DNA of 62,794 bases, counting the filler, from Ionaspis alba (Eukaryota), in assembly GCA_964255285.1 (NCBI GenBank). It is 7 parts of 7 records of this genome, joined end to end, with 100 filler letters (N's around TTAATTAATTAA, not from the genome) between each part and the next. Parts side by side here need not be neighbours in the genome. Positions count along the whole stretch, not along the records: positions 18,059 to 26,950 come from CAXUUL010000695.1; positions 27,051 to 35,930 come from CAXUUL010000696.1; 5 more parts are not named here. One strand, written 5' to 3'. The position numbers and the translations under genes were made by a program. The notes beneath the pieces are model-generated. The model had not been told where the DNA came from and did no database searches. It worked only from the letters and a program-made list of their open reading frames with translations. Shown one piece after another: positions 23,378 through 36,030 of this stretch (the stretch's first letter is position 1; each line of letters opens with the position of its first letter).

Positions 23378-26300
23378 ATGGATCAATCGGCAACGTCTAC
23401 CATCACGAACAATCGGCGCCTCTCTAAGCTACCGCTACCCAGATCTTCTGTGGCTAGCGGAAGCAATGATGGTAGCTCATTACCAAAACGAACCACACGA
23501 CCTCTGAGTGGGATATTTGCGGCCTCTCAGCTACCCTCAGCTTCCAATGATGTCACAGCCGTCTCGAAATTGAGCACAAGGGACGGCGGAAATGCGTTAC
23601 AGCTTAAGAAAAATGTCTCTCGTCTTCAGAGTACACCGAAGGTGCAAGATACAATTCAAGAGGCATCTCCGAGTGATGGGAATCTCACGAGTCCCTCTAA
23701 GCAGCAGAGCACGTTGGGCAATACCTCTGCTGCCAAAGATCCTACAATTACATCTCCTGTCAAAATAGCGAGGAAGCCACGACCTTCCCTCTCGGATCGT
23801 ACACTGGAGACACTTTCTCAAATCCCTCCATCTCCGTCCCCGAGAAGGAGGCAGTCTGGGTTCTTCACAAATGAAAGTCCAATGAGGCCTCCTTCTCGGA
23901 CGGCGGCAGCGCCAAATCATTCGCGACCTGGCTCAAGAACAGGTTATTCCATCAATACGATACCGGGTTCTCAGAGACCACCATCCCCACACAAGAAAAT
24001 TCAAGCCCCTGCTACTACATCGCAGCCTACGAATTCAACATCCAGCAAAAGAGCCGTCAGTTCCTTCGTCCCACGCAGAGCAGGAGCTTCAGAAAAGGAT
24101 CATATTGAGGGGAGTACACATATACCACAATCGCGCATTCAGCTACCAGGCTCTGTGCCCCTCAGCTCAACGCCAAAGTCGATGACAGGCAGGACTCTGT
24201 ATGGTAGCAAAACCGTCGTGGCCCAGTCTTCGAGCACCAGATGCCCTGTGAAAGGGCTCTTTGGGAACGGAGTGAATGAGACCACAGGCGGAGAAGTCAG
24301 CATAGCCCCGCTCTCCAGGACCAAGAAAGCAATCCATATGAACGGCCACGATAGGAGTGAGCCGAAAGCATCGAGACCATTAATACCGAAACCTGCCAAA
24401 CCGAAACAAGCAACTCTTTCGGACCGAGAGCCACAAGAGTCGAGGAAGGTCTCAGCATCTTCTCAAAGACTGCGAGAGACAATCGCAAAGGCCAAGGCAG
24501 CTCGCCGTAATGCTACTATAGGCTCTGGCCAGTCGAATGTGCCTCGAGCTGTCGCAGGGGACAGCTTAGGCATTCTTGGAGTGGATGTGGATCCGTTCTC
24601 GCTTGACTTATCAGAAAGTGGTGGGGCAAATATTCTTCGAAAACGAATTAACAGTGCCAGGACGGATGGCAGGCTAAACATTGCTGCGCTCGGACTCAAG
24701 GAGATACCGAGAGAAGTCATGGAGATGTACGACTACGATACAGGCAATGAGGGAAGTACTGCTTGGTACGAGAATGTGGATCTCGTCCGGCTGATAGCGG
24801 CAGATAATGAGATCACCGAGCTCAAAGAGGATGCATTTCCGGATGCGGAGGCTGCCGACATCTCCCTGGGTAGTGTCTTTCGTGGGCTAGAGGTGGTGGA
24901 CCTTCACGGGAACCAGCTTAAGGCACTTCCACATGGATTGACGAGTCTCTCGAGGCTAACTTTACTCAACCTCTCTCGGAATCGACTCACCAACGATGCA
25001 CTTGCGGTGATCAGTTGCCTCACCAGCTTAAAGGAGTTACGATTAGCCGAAAACTCCTTGGAAGGGGCTCTGTCGGATACCATCGATGAGCTGAAAGCTC
25101 TAGAGATTCTGGATCTACACGGCAACGCTATTGAAAGCATTCCTTTTACCATCGAGAAGATCACCAATCTCAAAGTCCTCAATGTCGGCGGCAACAGGCT
25201 TGCTTCTTTGCCTTTAGCAGCCCTGGGTGGACTGCCACTTTCTGAGATCACAGCTTCCCATAACAGACTCAGCGGATCGTTCTTCTCCCCGAAACCACCT
25301 CAATTCTCTTCCCTTCAGACATTAGACCTCAGCCACAACGCTCTCGTATTCGTTGGAGATCCACAACTTGACCTGCCTTTATTACATACTTTTGACGTAT
25401 CAAGCAATCGTCTTACATCGTTACCTGACATGGCAAACTTGCAGCGGCTCATTACTCTTAATGCCAGCGAGAACCAGATAAGGACAATACCGGAAGGCTT
25501 CACATCCTTGAAGGTTCTGAAGACCGCTGATTTTGGGGGTAACAATCTATTGGCGCTCGACGATGGCATTGGTATGATGGACAGCCTGACGTTCTGCAAC
25601 ATTAGCAACAATCCCATTCGTGAACGGAGGTTGTTGCGTTTGACCACGGAGGATTTGAAGCTCGAGCTCCGAGTACGGCTCTCCAGCCAGGAGTCTTTGG
25701 ATGGCACTCTCAGCGACCACACATCTCCGACCGGAGCCAAACCTCAATCTCTCGCATGGCCGGTCAAGTCTGGTGTTCTCGATCGTTCTCACACCAAGCT
25801 CGGTGTACTGAATCGTTCGGATCTTGAAGCTGTCGCTTTCAATGACGAGGTCAAAAGTTTCGTTTTGCATCATAACCCACTTCAAACTATAAGTACCGCA
25901 TACGAAGCATTGGGAAACACATTGACTTCTCTTGACCTATCCTACAACAAGTATGGACAAAACTCTGCTTATATTGCGGAATCGGTCAGCCTTCCCAGCC
26001 TCCAAACGCTCAATCTGACCTCCAACGGACTTACCACTCTCGACCCCTTGGTAACACATCTCTCTGCCCCCAGCTTGACGACACTGATCCTCCCATTTAA
26101 CCGTCTCTCAGCACTTCCGCAACTATGCACCGCTTTCCCCGCTCTTTCGAAGCTCATGGCCGCTAATAATGCCATTGTGAACCTTGACGTGGATTCCATT
26201 CGTGGCCTTCAAGTTCTTGACGTCAGCAGCAATGAGATTGCGCATCTACCAGCGCGGCTCGCGCTTCTGCAGGGCCAATTGAGGACTTTGATGGTCAATG

Positions 26301-26422
26301 GCAACCGTTTTCGAGTTCCTGGATGGGGTGTGCTAGAGAAAGGCACGGAGGAAATCTTGAACTGGTGTAGGAACAGAATCCCAGCTGGAGAGGAGGGTGC
26401 AGTGGAGGACGATGTGGATTGA
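23378..26422 (+). CDS. Leucine-rich repeat protein with a disordered S/P/R-rich N-terminus
   Basis: Intronless 1014-aa ORF with many LxxLxLxxNxL repeats from about residue 430 onward. Confidence 0.9.
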   Translation: MDQSATSTITNNRRLSKLPLPRSSVASGSNDGSSLPKRTTRPLSGIFAASQLPSASNDVTAVSKLSTRDGGNALQLKKNVSRLQSTPKVQDTIQEASPSDGNLTSPSKQQSTLGNTSAAKDPTITSPVKIARKPRPSLSDRTLETLSQIPPSPSPRRRQSGFFTNESPMRPPSRTAAAPNHSRPGSRTGYSINTIPGSQRPPSPHKKIQAPATTSQPTNSTSSKRAVSSFVPRRAGASEKDHIEGSTHIPQSRIQLPGSVPLSSTPKSMTGRTLYGSKTVVAQSSSTRCPVKGLFGNGVNETTGGEVSIAPLSRTKKAIHMNGHDRSEPKASRPLIPKPAKPKQATLSDREPQESRKVSASSQRLRETIAKAKAARRNATIGSGQSNVPRAVAGDSLGILGVDVDPFSLDLSESGGANILRKRINSARTDGRLNIAALGLKEIPREVMEMYDYDTGNEGSTAWYENVDLVRLIAADNEITELKEDAFPDAEAADISLGSVFRGLEVVDLHGNQLKALPHGLTSLSRLTLLNLSRNRLTNDALAVISCLTSLKELRLAENSLEGALSDTIDELKALEILDLHGNAIESIPFTIEKITNLKVLNVGGNRLASLPLAALGGLPLSEITASHNRLSGSFFSPKPPQFSSLQTLDLSHNALVFVGDPQLDLPLLHTFDVSSNRLTSLPDMANLQRLITLNASENQIRTIPEGFTSLKVLKTADFGGNNLLALDDGIGMMDSLTFCNISNNPIRERRLLRLTTEDLKLELRVRLSSQESLDGTLSDHTSPTGAKPQSLAWPVKSGVLDRSHTKLGVLNRSDLEAVAFNDEVKSFVLHHNPLQTISTAYEALGNTLTSLDLSYNKYGQNSAYIAESVSLPSLQTLNLTSNGLTTLDPLVTHLSAPSLTTLILPFNRLSALPQLCTAFPALSKLMAANNAIVNLDVDSIRGLQVLDVSSNEIAHLPARLALLQGQLRTLMVNGNRFRVPGWGVLEKGTEEILNWCRNRIPAGEEGAVEDDVD

Positions 26423-26678
26423 ACAATTGTATGCAGTCATGACGTTTCAGATATGGTTAGGGAGGATCGGTATTGGATTACATTTACGAAAGGCTGGGCC
26501 GTAGTCATGGAAGAGTTGATCGAGTTGTACATAGGCAGACAAGAGTCACTTGTAAACGACATGCTTAACGAGTAAACCGTCAACAACGTTCAAGATACAG
26601 CTAAAATGTCGACTGTAGCAGTAAGGGGTATCAGCAAAACCAAACACCCCCAAAACTCCTTAGACTTGTACCACGTTG

Positions 26679-26950
26679 TCATAATTGGTACAACTTGGTC
26701 ATCCAATCGCCAAACCCAGTCGAAAAATCATCCCTCTCGCCGTGCCAGTTCTCTCGTACCTCATCCACACAATCTCGCGCCCGGTCCTTCAAGGACTCTA
26801 ACCTCTCCTTAACCTCTACTTCATCATGCTGGTAAAGTGCGCCTGCGATCTCATCAGCCTCATCGCAGAAAGCTTGACAAGACTCAAGAATTGAATCCAT
26901 CTTCTTTGTCTGATCTGCATTTGGGAAGTCGTCAGGCTTGGTCTTCGAAT
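26679..26950 (-). CDS. 3' fragment of a helical protein (possibly Grap2/cyclin-D-interacting family)
   Basis: Open frame from the contig edge, ..MDSILESCQAFCDEADEIAGALYQHDEVEVKERLESL..YQL*. The family guess is weak. Confidence 0.4.
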
Positions 26951-27050
26951 NNNNNNNNNNNNNNNNNNNNNNNNNNNNNNNNNNNNNNNNNNNNTTAATT
27001 AATTAANNNNNNNNNNNNNNNNNNNNNNNNNNNNNNNNNNNNNNNNNNNN
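26951..27050. other. Artificial contig linker
   Basis: N44-TTAATTAATTAA-N44. Confidence 0.97.
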
Positions 27051-27089
27051 TCGCCGTATCATTAAAAAAAAGGGGGGGGGGGATATTAC

Positions 27090-30000
27090 CTTCGGCACTA
27101 AAACTCTGTCCCCTCTCCGTAAAAACGCTTGCCAAACTCCCCGGCGCATTCCCCGCCATGGCCAACAAAAACGGCGAAAACGCACTCCCATTAAACAGCG
27201 CCGCCGACGCATTGCCAAAGTCCGGAAGATTAAGACTACCCGTGACCAACAGAACCATGCCAGCTTCCAGGAAATCGCTATCGTCGTGCGGCTGGGAGAG
27301 CGACAGGACGGAGAGGCCGCGGATGGTGGTCTGTTTGCCCAGAGTATCGCCGACGGTGAGGAACTTGGAGCCATCGTATTTCATGAGGAAGGCGGAGCCG
27401 TTGGTCGATCTGCCGGCGACCCAGTATTGGGAGCTGTCGCGGTTGGCGGGGGAGAGGGCTGTGACGGGGCCGGGGACGTCGGAGGCGCCGTTGACCGAGG
27501 TCCAGAGTTGCTTCGTAGCGTCGTAGTTCGCCAGAGTCGTGTCGTTCCCGCCGACGGTCAGGTTGCCCCCCACGAGCAACTTGTCGTTGCCTTGCCAGGT
27601 GAGGGCGGCAACGCTGCCGCCGAAGCCGGTGCCAGGCCGGCTCCATTGCCCGCTTTGGTAGATGCAGATGCTGGGGCAGGTGAGGGCGCCGGCGGTGTCG
27701 AAGGTGCCGGCTACGTACATGTCGTTTGTGGTGGGGCGTTGCGAGATGGCGTTTACGGCGACTTCTTTGCCGACGAAGGCGGGGGGCTGGGAGGGGGCGT
27801 AGTCGCCGTTGAGGAGGTTCCAGAGGATGAGGCCGTTGATATTGGCGTTGTTGACTTTGCCGGTGACGGTGCCACCGGCGTAGAGGGTGTCGCCTTGGAT
27901 GGCGAGGGCGAGGAAGACGGAGTCGGTGCTGGGGCCTTTGCCGACGCCTGTTACGGTGGTGGTGAGGGATTGGTCGGAGTTTTTGGTGTTGTTGATGATT
28001 GCGAGGTTCTCGATGGTGGATCCGTTGGTTGCAGTTGCGGAGAAGTGCCCTCCGAGGATCGTAACGTTCCGGCCGTTGTCAGTGTTGAACAATCCAACCA
28101 CGGCTCCAGTGACATTCTGTCCACTGACAGCCCTCTTGCGGTTGGATGACTGGCTCAATTGCTTAGGCTGTATTTGCACCCCGATCGGATTTAGGGCAAG
28201 ATTTGGAGAGCTCGTGAGCTCAACTGCGTCACCAATAGACATGCCTTGAGAGGACAGAGTTCCTGCCAAGAGCGGAGAACTGCCAGAAACATTGGTAGCG
28301 GCGCTTAGTTGGCCGCTGATGGACAACGTCTGGATGTTCAGGTTGTGCAGCCATTCATTACGCGAAGGAACCCAAACTGCGAATCTGTCGACGGAGAATG
28401 CTTTGTTGGAGCCCGAGGCTTGAACTTGATGAAAGTCGCCATTAATAGATATGCAAGTCTCCGGCTGGTCCTTGGTAATATTGATAGACAATGGCACAAT
28501 ATGATTAACCTTTCCGTTGACACCTGCTCCGAGTGTTTGCCAGACGTTCTTGCTTGTATCGAAAGCTCCTACTCCTTGGAGTCCAGGTGTGCTTGGGTCA
28601 ACGGTATCGGTAAAGTTGCCACCGAGGTACAGCAAATTGCCGTAGACGAAGAACGTAGTCACCGCAGCGTCGAGACCGTGGCTTGGTAGCGATGAGACAT
28701 TACCATTTTTTATCGAGAAGATGTTCTTATAATCTTTAGTTGAAAAGTTGCCAGCCACATAAGTTGTGTCTCCGATCACAGCAAGGCTAGTAATGAGAGC
28801 TCCAGTATCGAGGTCGGTTCCAGCAGTGTCAATCTTCGAGGTTGAGAAGTCTGTGTCAACCGTAGCACGATTCGGATTGTATTCGAACAGCCCGTTGAGG
28901 CCACCGTTCGGCGCATCGAGCTCGAAGCGCACACGCTGTGCGACCAGGGAAATGCCGCCATCTTGTCCTGAATTTGGAGTCAAAGTGACCGTGGGTCGGA
29001 ACGACCCGCTACTGGCATCGACGTAACCCTTGTAAATCTGATCATACTTGTCGAAATCATTCGTCTGATATATCGTCGTCTGATTGGGAGTTGCCGATTG
29101 CGATCCTGATGTGAAAGTCCCAGTGATGTTGGCAATCCCTCTCGAATCACAGCTGTCATCCTGCTTGCAGCCAGGGGTATAAAGAGTTACGACGTAGTTG
29201 CCGGACTGTTTGATATCAGGCTTGAAAACCACAGAGGCAGAATCGGGTCCAGTGATTTTGGCAGTGAGGTATTGAGAGCCACTCTTGCCGGATGGCGTTA
29301 CGGTCCACGGGCCAGTAGAAGTCGAATTTGCTCCGAATGAAGTATTAGTACAAGCCGGCTCGTTTAGGTCAGAAACGGCATATGCGAAGATGTCTAGGAC
29401 AGGTATTAGCAGAAGCTCCATAAGCATAAACAAGGCATGCTAAACTTACCATCTTGGAAAAGCTCGATGCCATCGAACCCTCCTCCTTTGCCATACCATT
29501 CCGAAATATCAATCTTGAAACCACTCATGCCTATCACATTGACGAATTTGAAGTCCTGCGACTTAACCGCTGGATCGTCGGAAAGAGGACACCTCGAGTC
29601 GCAATATTTCTTCTCGTTGGTAGCAGGGTCGATGTAGGAAAAGTTCATGATGCCGTTGATGGGAGTGGCGGTGTATCGGAAAACCTTGGTGCCTCTTCCG
29701 TCTTGATGGGTGTTCCGTACCCGGAGCTTAGTAGGTCGGAAGCCGAAGTTCATGTCTGCTGTCCAAGCTCCTGGAGCGTCGTCCGCAAGTAGCCAGGTCC
29801 TACCTGGGCCACTTTGCCCTTCCGTGTTGCAGACAACATTCCTGGGATCGCTAAACCCATCCTGAGATGATCCTGCAACAGCGGAGACATTGGCTGTAGA
29901 TAGGTTGATGACCTGTTGGTCCTTGCTATTCGGTGCGGTAGCAGTAGTGTTGCCCAGTCCCGTAAAGTCACCGCCAAAGATGACGTTTCCACTGGGGGCT

Positions 30001-30602
30001 TTGGCTATTGAGCTCACAGGCCCATTAAAACCAGCAAAGGGGAGGTTGGTCCAGCCGGTCATTCCTACCCAAGCAATAGCATTTGTCGAGTTTGCGCCCT
30101 TGAAATCTCCTCCAACGTATACCGTATTTGTTTCCGAATCGCACAGAAGTGAAGAAACTTGACCAGAGAGTCCAGTAAGAGCTGTGACACCGCCAGTCGA
30201 CGGATTAAACATAGCAACACCCTGTGCCTCAACACCACTGAGACTCGTAAAGTTCCCTCCTACCACTATACCCGCAAATGTTCCATCTTGTAACACGAAC
30301 GGGCACATCGTCGTAATAGACGCGTCCGCGGTGGCCAAAGTCGCAAATGCCCCATTCGGCATCTGCGTGAGGAGCGACTGACTGCCATTGGTAGCGAAAG
30401 AATTTTCGTTCTGCTCGCGATAGGTATAGAGCGATATGGAGTCGAAGTCGCCGGCAAGGGCCACTCGGCCCAATCCAGAGAGGTCGAGGTTGGGTGATGG
30501 AACGGGAGTGAAGTTGACTCCTTGCGTCGAGGAAACGTGAAAGGTCAATATTATGGTCGCGAATTCAGCCGCCGTCGGGCCAAACAACGAGGAGAACCTC
30601 AT
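27090..30602 (-). CDS. RAX2: Cortical polarity/bud-site protein Rax2 (3' truncated)
   Basis: Signal peptide followed by PSPNLDLSGLGRVALAGDFDSISLY, repeated VGGNF/GGDF beta-propeller blades and FRPTKLRVRNT. Intron at about 29449-29395. A second donor (GTAATA) at 27089 runs into the contig end, so the TM exon is missing. Confidence 0.88.
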
Positions 30603-31836
30603 CGCTCAGTCGGAGACGACGGGGTGATGGACGTGTATTTCTGCTCGCAATCCAGTTTTGTTGATGATGGGTCGAGGAAAGGGTGAAGGCAGAGTCGCGA
30701 TCCGGGGCCTCGAGAAAAAACTGGGAACCTCCTGATTCTTGCTTGCCGCACCAGCCAGGTACCTCGAAAAGCTCTTGACTCTCCTTCAGCGTGCACAATC
30801 CCCTCCGACAACTCCCTTCAATCTTTGAAAAGCTCGACCTTGCATGAGCCCAGTAATTGACAGCGTGACGGTAGCAGTGTGGTATTGAGAAGGGGCGGGA
30901 GATGAAATCACGAACGACTGGGAAGATCCTCTCGGGCGGAGATTGCTCTGCGCTTCCGTGCACCACGCAGAACGAGGCTTTTTTTAGCGTCGACGCGAAA
31001 ATCAAAGGTTCGCTCGGGTCCAGGGTGGGGGAGGTATTATGAAAGGCTCAGCGTTTTACAAGTATTCTGTTTGTGACAGTTTCTTCACGGCAATTGAATT
31101 TAGTGGTTGGATGTTTCCATACTGGTCTGCCCACTGACACTTCCAACGTCTTTAGATTTCTCAACTGTCTCTTGTTCCCATGATGCGCAATGCCGTTGCT
31201 CATGCTGAGTACGACGAGCGCGATCAACGGCCAGAAAACCGACCCTATCAACTAACCGATTACGTCGTTGGATCAACGCCCAAATGGCTGGAAGAGGACT
31301 GGATCACGATGATCCACGGCAAGCTGTGCCTCTTCTGTCCAAGGTACCTTACAGCTGAGTTTAGATGATCGAATCGTACATATACCACTACTACGACCCC
31401 TCTTTTGGGCTGGTGCTGAACGACAACCATCACGAAGTCAGCCTTCCAGCCAATGACAGCCATATGATGTCGCAGTGCAGAATATATTTCCGTATCAGAA
31501 GCCACCATGCCACATCCGCCACTCTCAATGTCAACCACCTCAGGTTATCGCCGGTATTGGCGAAAGGTCCTTCGTGCTCTTCCTATGAGTATTGTAGCCC
31601 ACGTTTTGTAAATCCTTCTGATCCGTCAAACTGAGCCTCAATGATCAAGTCGAATCCTCCTCGAATCCCACTCCTTAGGACCTTCATTTGTAATCGCTGC
31701 GCCTAGGGAAATGGCCACTTCGCAAGATCTCGTTGTAGCAGTCATGGCGCAAAACACCTCATAAATATTAGTAGACTTCGCAGTGATCACGGCCAGGAAG
31801 CAAAACGTTGAATTGACCAGTAAAGCCCAAATATAC

Positions 31837-33243
31837 TCAAGATATCTTCCGCCTCTTTCTCACTCTCCTCGCATTACTCTCCTCCTCCACCTTCACAACC
31901 GGAATCTCCTCCAACTCCCTCTTCAACGAAACTCTCGTCACGGCCTCCACTTTAACACTCGTCTCAGTCCACACATCATCCTCCACCTCCTTCTTCACAA
32001 CCTCCTCCTCAACCTCAACCCTCCCCACCGACTTCTCAGCAAAAGCTCTCAAATCCGCCGTAAACAACACACTATGCGCCCACCCCGCCTCCTTTCCCCA
32101 CAACCCCCGAAAATAATCCCCAATAGCATCGTACGTAGCCTTCGTCAAACTCCGATGCTTTCCCTGCCCAAACTTATAGTCCCGCTGCGCAATTTGCCAC
32201 ACTAAACTCCCCGTCAGCTATCCACCTCCCCAAGCATCTCGGATCAGTAGCAAGAAACCAACCATGCGTATCAACCGGCACAGCCTCCCCCCACCCCAAC
32301 CCCATCAAACAAACACAATCCGCAACCTTAGGCCCCACTCCCTGCAACGCCAGCAATTGCTCATGAGCCCTGCGATAGCCTTCCCGTCCTCTGGGTAGCA
32401 TCTCGCCGGCACTCGTAGACCGGGTGCCGAGTAAGGGGCTCTCGGGGTTGCGCAGTCCGTCCAACCAGCCGGGCGATTCCTGCGTGATCATGACGGCTGT
32501 CTGATACAAGTACTTTGCTCTATACCCGAATCCCAATTGGCGGAGGTGGGCCTCGACGTCGGGGTGCGTCAGTGCGGCGGGAGTGGGCATGTCGTAGAAG
32601 GGTTTGGCGTCGATGTAGCCGACGAGGTGCCCGTAGTGGAGGCAGAGTTTTTCCATCTGGGATGATGGGCGGTGAGTTTTGCTCTCGATGTTTGCGTGAT
32701 GTGTGGGGAGGGAGGGACTCACCATTTGGGATATCCGGATGATGTTGTTGTTACTGCTGCAGATGAATCCTACCAATGCTTCCCAGGCGTCTTGGCGCAG
32801 GATGCGTATGCCGGTGAATTTGGGAGCTTTCTTTTTGAAGTTTTTGTCGGCGGTGGACCATTGGGAGTAGAGGGAGGTTAGGTTGGGGGAGAGGTTGAGA
32901 TAGTGGTGTAGGAAGGTCTTTGTGTCATCTTTTTCTACTGCTGCTGCTGCTTCAAGGACCGAGGGAGGCGACGAGGAAGGGGGTGTAAGAGGAGTGGCTG
33001 TAGCTGCGGGGAATATGGCTCGGTAGTGCAGATGCGTGGCATCTTGACGCAGAGAGATGAGACGACCGTGGAGGGCGCACGCCCAGATGTTGTCTTCGGA
33101 TTTCTTCCATCTGGTCGAGCCGTCAAGGGATTGACCTATGAATTGGGGAGAGGGCTGTGGACGTACCTGAAGGACTGGCCGCATCTAAGAGTGGTGTCGA
33201 TACACAATTCTGTCAATGTGACAGGTAGCTTGCTCCAACTCAT
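31837..33243 (-). CDS. OGG1: 8-oxoguanine DNA glycosylase/AP lyase
   Basis: TLRCGQSFRW, RILRQDAWEALVGFICSSNNNI, GFGYRAKY and HhH motif LQGVGPKVADCVCLM..VPVDTHVWQIAQRDY. Three introns. Confidence 0.95.
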
Positions 33244-33594
33244 TTTGGTCTAGACGTCAAAGACTGGAGTCACAGCGATTTACAGTATATGGGTCCTGGA
33301 GTTGAGCGCTTCCTGTTAGATCTCCCTCGCGTACCGACTTTCGCGTGAGAATCGCACTCCTATCTACAGGGGTCTTCAAACACTATACCACATTAAACTC
33401 TAGCGCTTCAAGCTCAACTTCTGCTTCTCAGGACAACACCGAAAGTTCATCGAGAATTATATGACTGTGCGCCAGCCTGCCAAACCCGATCAATTGTGAC
33501 TCGAGTCATACTTCTTAACCTTCGCACAGCTCATGAGCCACAATCTAAATCGTTGTAATCCACAATAAAAGATTCGTCGTCCGTCAGCATAAGC

Positions 33595-35788
33595 ATGAAC
33601 GGCGACGGCTATTCGTCAAGAGGCATGGCATCAGCAACCACCCTACCAAGGATTCGCAAGCATGAGACTGATACTAACAAACCTTCCAATGCAGATGGCG
33701 GCCGCTATGGTTCATCTCGCGATCATCATGTAAGGCACTTACGCACTCATCCCCGATACAAATAGCCTAGGCTAACCCTGTTTTCTTTGCAGTCATCCAG
33801 AGACGATCGCCGAGATGGAGGACGAGATCGAGATGGCCACCGAGGCGGCGAACGCCGACGCTCAAGATCACCTGGTGGACACCGCTCCTCAAGACCGTCA
33901 CGGCGAGATGATGTCGACTCGTATTCATCAAGTCGAGACTACAGAGCGCGCGAACGCGAGGACAGATACTCCGGGAGAGATCCACGAGATGAGCGAGGAT
34001 GGGATCGGGACCGCGGTGATAGAGGTGACCGAGGCGATAGAGGAATGATGAGACGCGACGCACGGCGTGACGACGATGATAGACGCGGGCCTAGAGATCG
34101 AGATCTGTTCGAGGGACGTGGGGATCGTGGCAGGGGGGGAGGGGGAGGTCGTGGTCCTCGGAGTGACCGCGATGAGTTTGCTATGCAGCAGCAGGGCGGA
34201 CGGAAGAAGAGCGCGAGCCCTCCACCGAAGAAGAAGGAACCTACGCCTGACCTGACTGATATTATCCCTATCACGGAGAGGAAGAGGAGGTTGACGCAAT
34301 GGGATATCAAGCCTCCTGGATACGAAAACGTTACTGCGGAGCAGGCGAAGCTCTCTGGTATATCTTTACTCTAGTCCCATACTCGCCCTCTAATCATTCT
34401 AACGAGCAAACAGGAATGTTCCCCCTACCCGGCGCTCCCCGACAACAACCCATGGACCCTAGCCGCCTTCAAGCCTTCATGAACCAACCCAGCGGCTCCG
34501 CCAGCAACGCCGCCCTCAAACCATCCAACGCCCGCCAATCCAAACGCCTCTTCATCCACAACCTGCCCCCCACCGCCACAGACGAAAGCATCATCAACTT
34601 CTTCAACCTGCAAATGAACGGCCTCAACGTAATCGAAGGCATCGACCCCTGCATCTCCTGCCAAATCTCTAAAGACCGCTCCTTCGCCCTGATAGAATTC
34701 AAAACCCCCTCCGAAGCAACCGTCGGCCTCGCCCTCGACGGCATCAGCATGGACGAAAGCGATGACCTCAAGCTCGAGAACGGTGCCGCTAATGGCAGTC
34801 CTAAAGGACTTTCGGTGCGCAGACCAAAAGACTACATCGTCCCCTCCGCTGCCGACGACCCGGAAGCAATGGAAGGCATCGTCTCGGCCACGGTAGCCGA
34901 CACGCCGAATAAAATAAGCGTGACTAATATCCCTACCTACCTCACCGACGACCAAGTCACGGAGCTGATCAAAACCTTCGGCGAGCTCAAAGCTTTCGTG
35001 CTGGTCAAGGACCGCAGCACCGAAGAGTCGCGCGTACGTGACCTCCTGCTAATCTAACCACCTGCACTACTGCAACGAAAAAGCTAATCCCGCAACAGGG
35101 CATCGCCTTTTGCGAATACGTCGACCCCTCCGCCACCGACATCGCCGTCGAAGGCCTCAACGGTATGGAACTCGCAGATAAGCACCTACGCGTGCAACGC
35201 GCCAGTATCGGCGTCACCCAAGCCGCGGGTCTTGAAATGGGCGTTAATGCCATGTCGATGCTTGCGGGCACGACCTCCAATGATCTAGAGGAAGGGCGCG
35301 TGCTGCAGCTCCTTAATATGGTCACCCCGGAAGAGCTGATCGATAACGAGGATTACGAGGGTATGTGCTCCTCTCCCCCTTTCCTCTCCTTTCCTTATCC
35401 TAAGTAGCCAGCACCTATATTCGCGTCTCGCTAAGGCTAAGGCTAACCTTGAATGGGTGCCACAGAAATCGTCGAAGACGTCAAAGAAGAATGCGAGAAA
35501 TACGGTCCCGTCCTCGAAATCAAAGTCCCCCGCCCTAGCGGCGCCAGCAGGCAGTCGGCGGGTGTGGGGAAAATCTTCATCAAGTATGAGAATGCGGATG
35601 CGGCGAGGAAGGCGCTGCAGGCTTTGGCGGGGAGGAAGTTCGCGGATCGGACGGTTGTTACTACGTATTTTTCGGAGGTGAGTTGGATCTCTTTTCTTGC
35701 GATTGGTTTGCTGTTTTTGTGTGGGCAGGGATGGGATGGTGCTAATGGGGTGTTGTTTTAGGAGAATTTCGAAGTCAATGCTTGGTAG
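33595..35788 (+). CDS. U2AF2: Splicing factor U2AF large subunit (U2AF65)
   Basis: RS-rich N-terminus, ULM KRRLTQWDIKPPGYE, two RRMs and a C-terminal UHM (VLQLLNMVT..GVGKIFIKY..GRKFADRTVVTTYF..NAW*). Six introns, the first GC-AG (33623-33694). Confidence 0.96.
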
Positions 35789-35930
35789 TTGTTGAGTTCG
35801 AGAGGAAGGGGCTTCGCTTTTGGATGGATGGAGGGCTTATTGGGGAGGAGGAAGGGGTTGTCTGGTGTCTAGAGAGCAAGTTTCCGAGCCGGAAAAGTCG
35901 GAGGCTTGGTGAGGATGGCTGGCATTGTGT

Positions 35931-36030
35931 NNNNNNNNNNNNNNNNNNNNNNNNNNNNNNNNNNNNNNNNNNNNTTAATTAATTAANNNNNNNNNNNNNN
36001 NNNNNNNNNNNNNNNNNNNNNNNNNNNNNN
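35931..36030. other. Artificial contig linker
   Basis: N44-TTAATTAATTAA-N44. Confidence 0.97.

Noticed and set aside
27286..28149. 287-aa G/V/A-rich plus-strand ORF (and the similar 11554-12330 and 34425-34955 ORFs)
   Set aside because: Antisense shadows produced by C-ending codon bias in RAX2, CCC2 and U2AF2.
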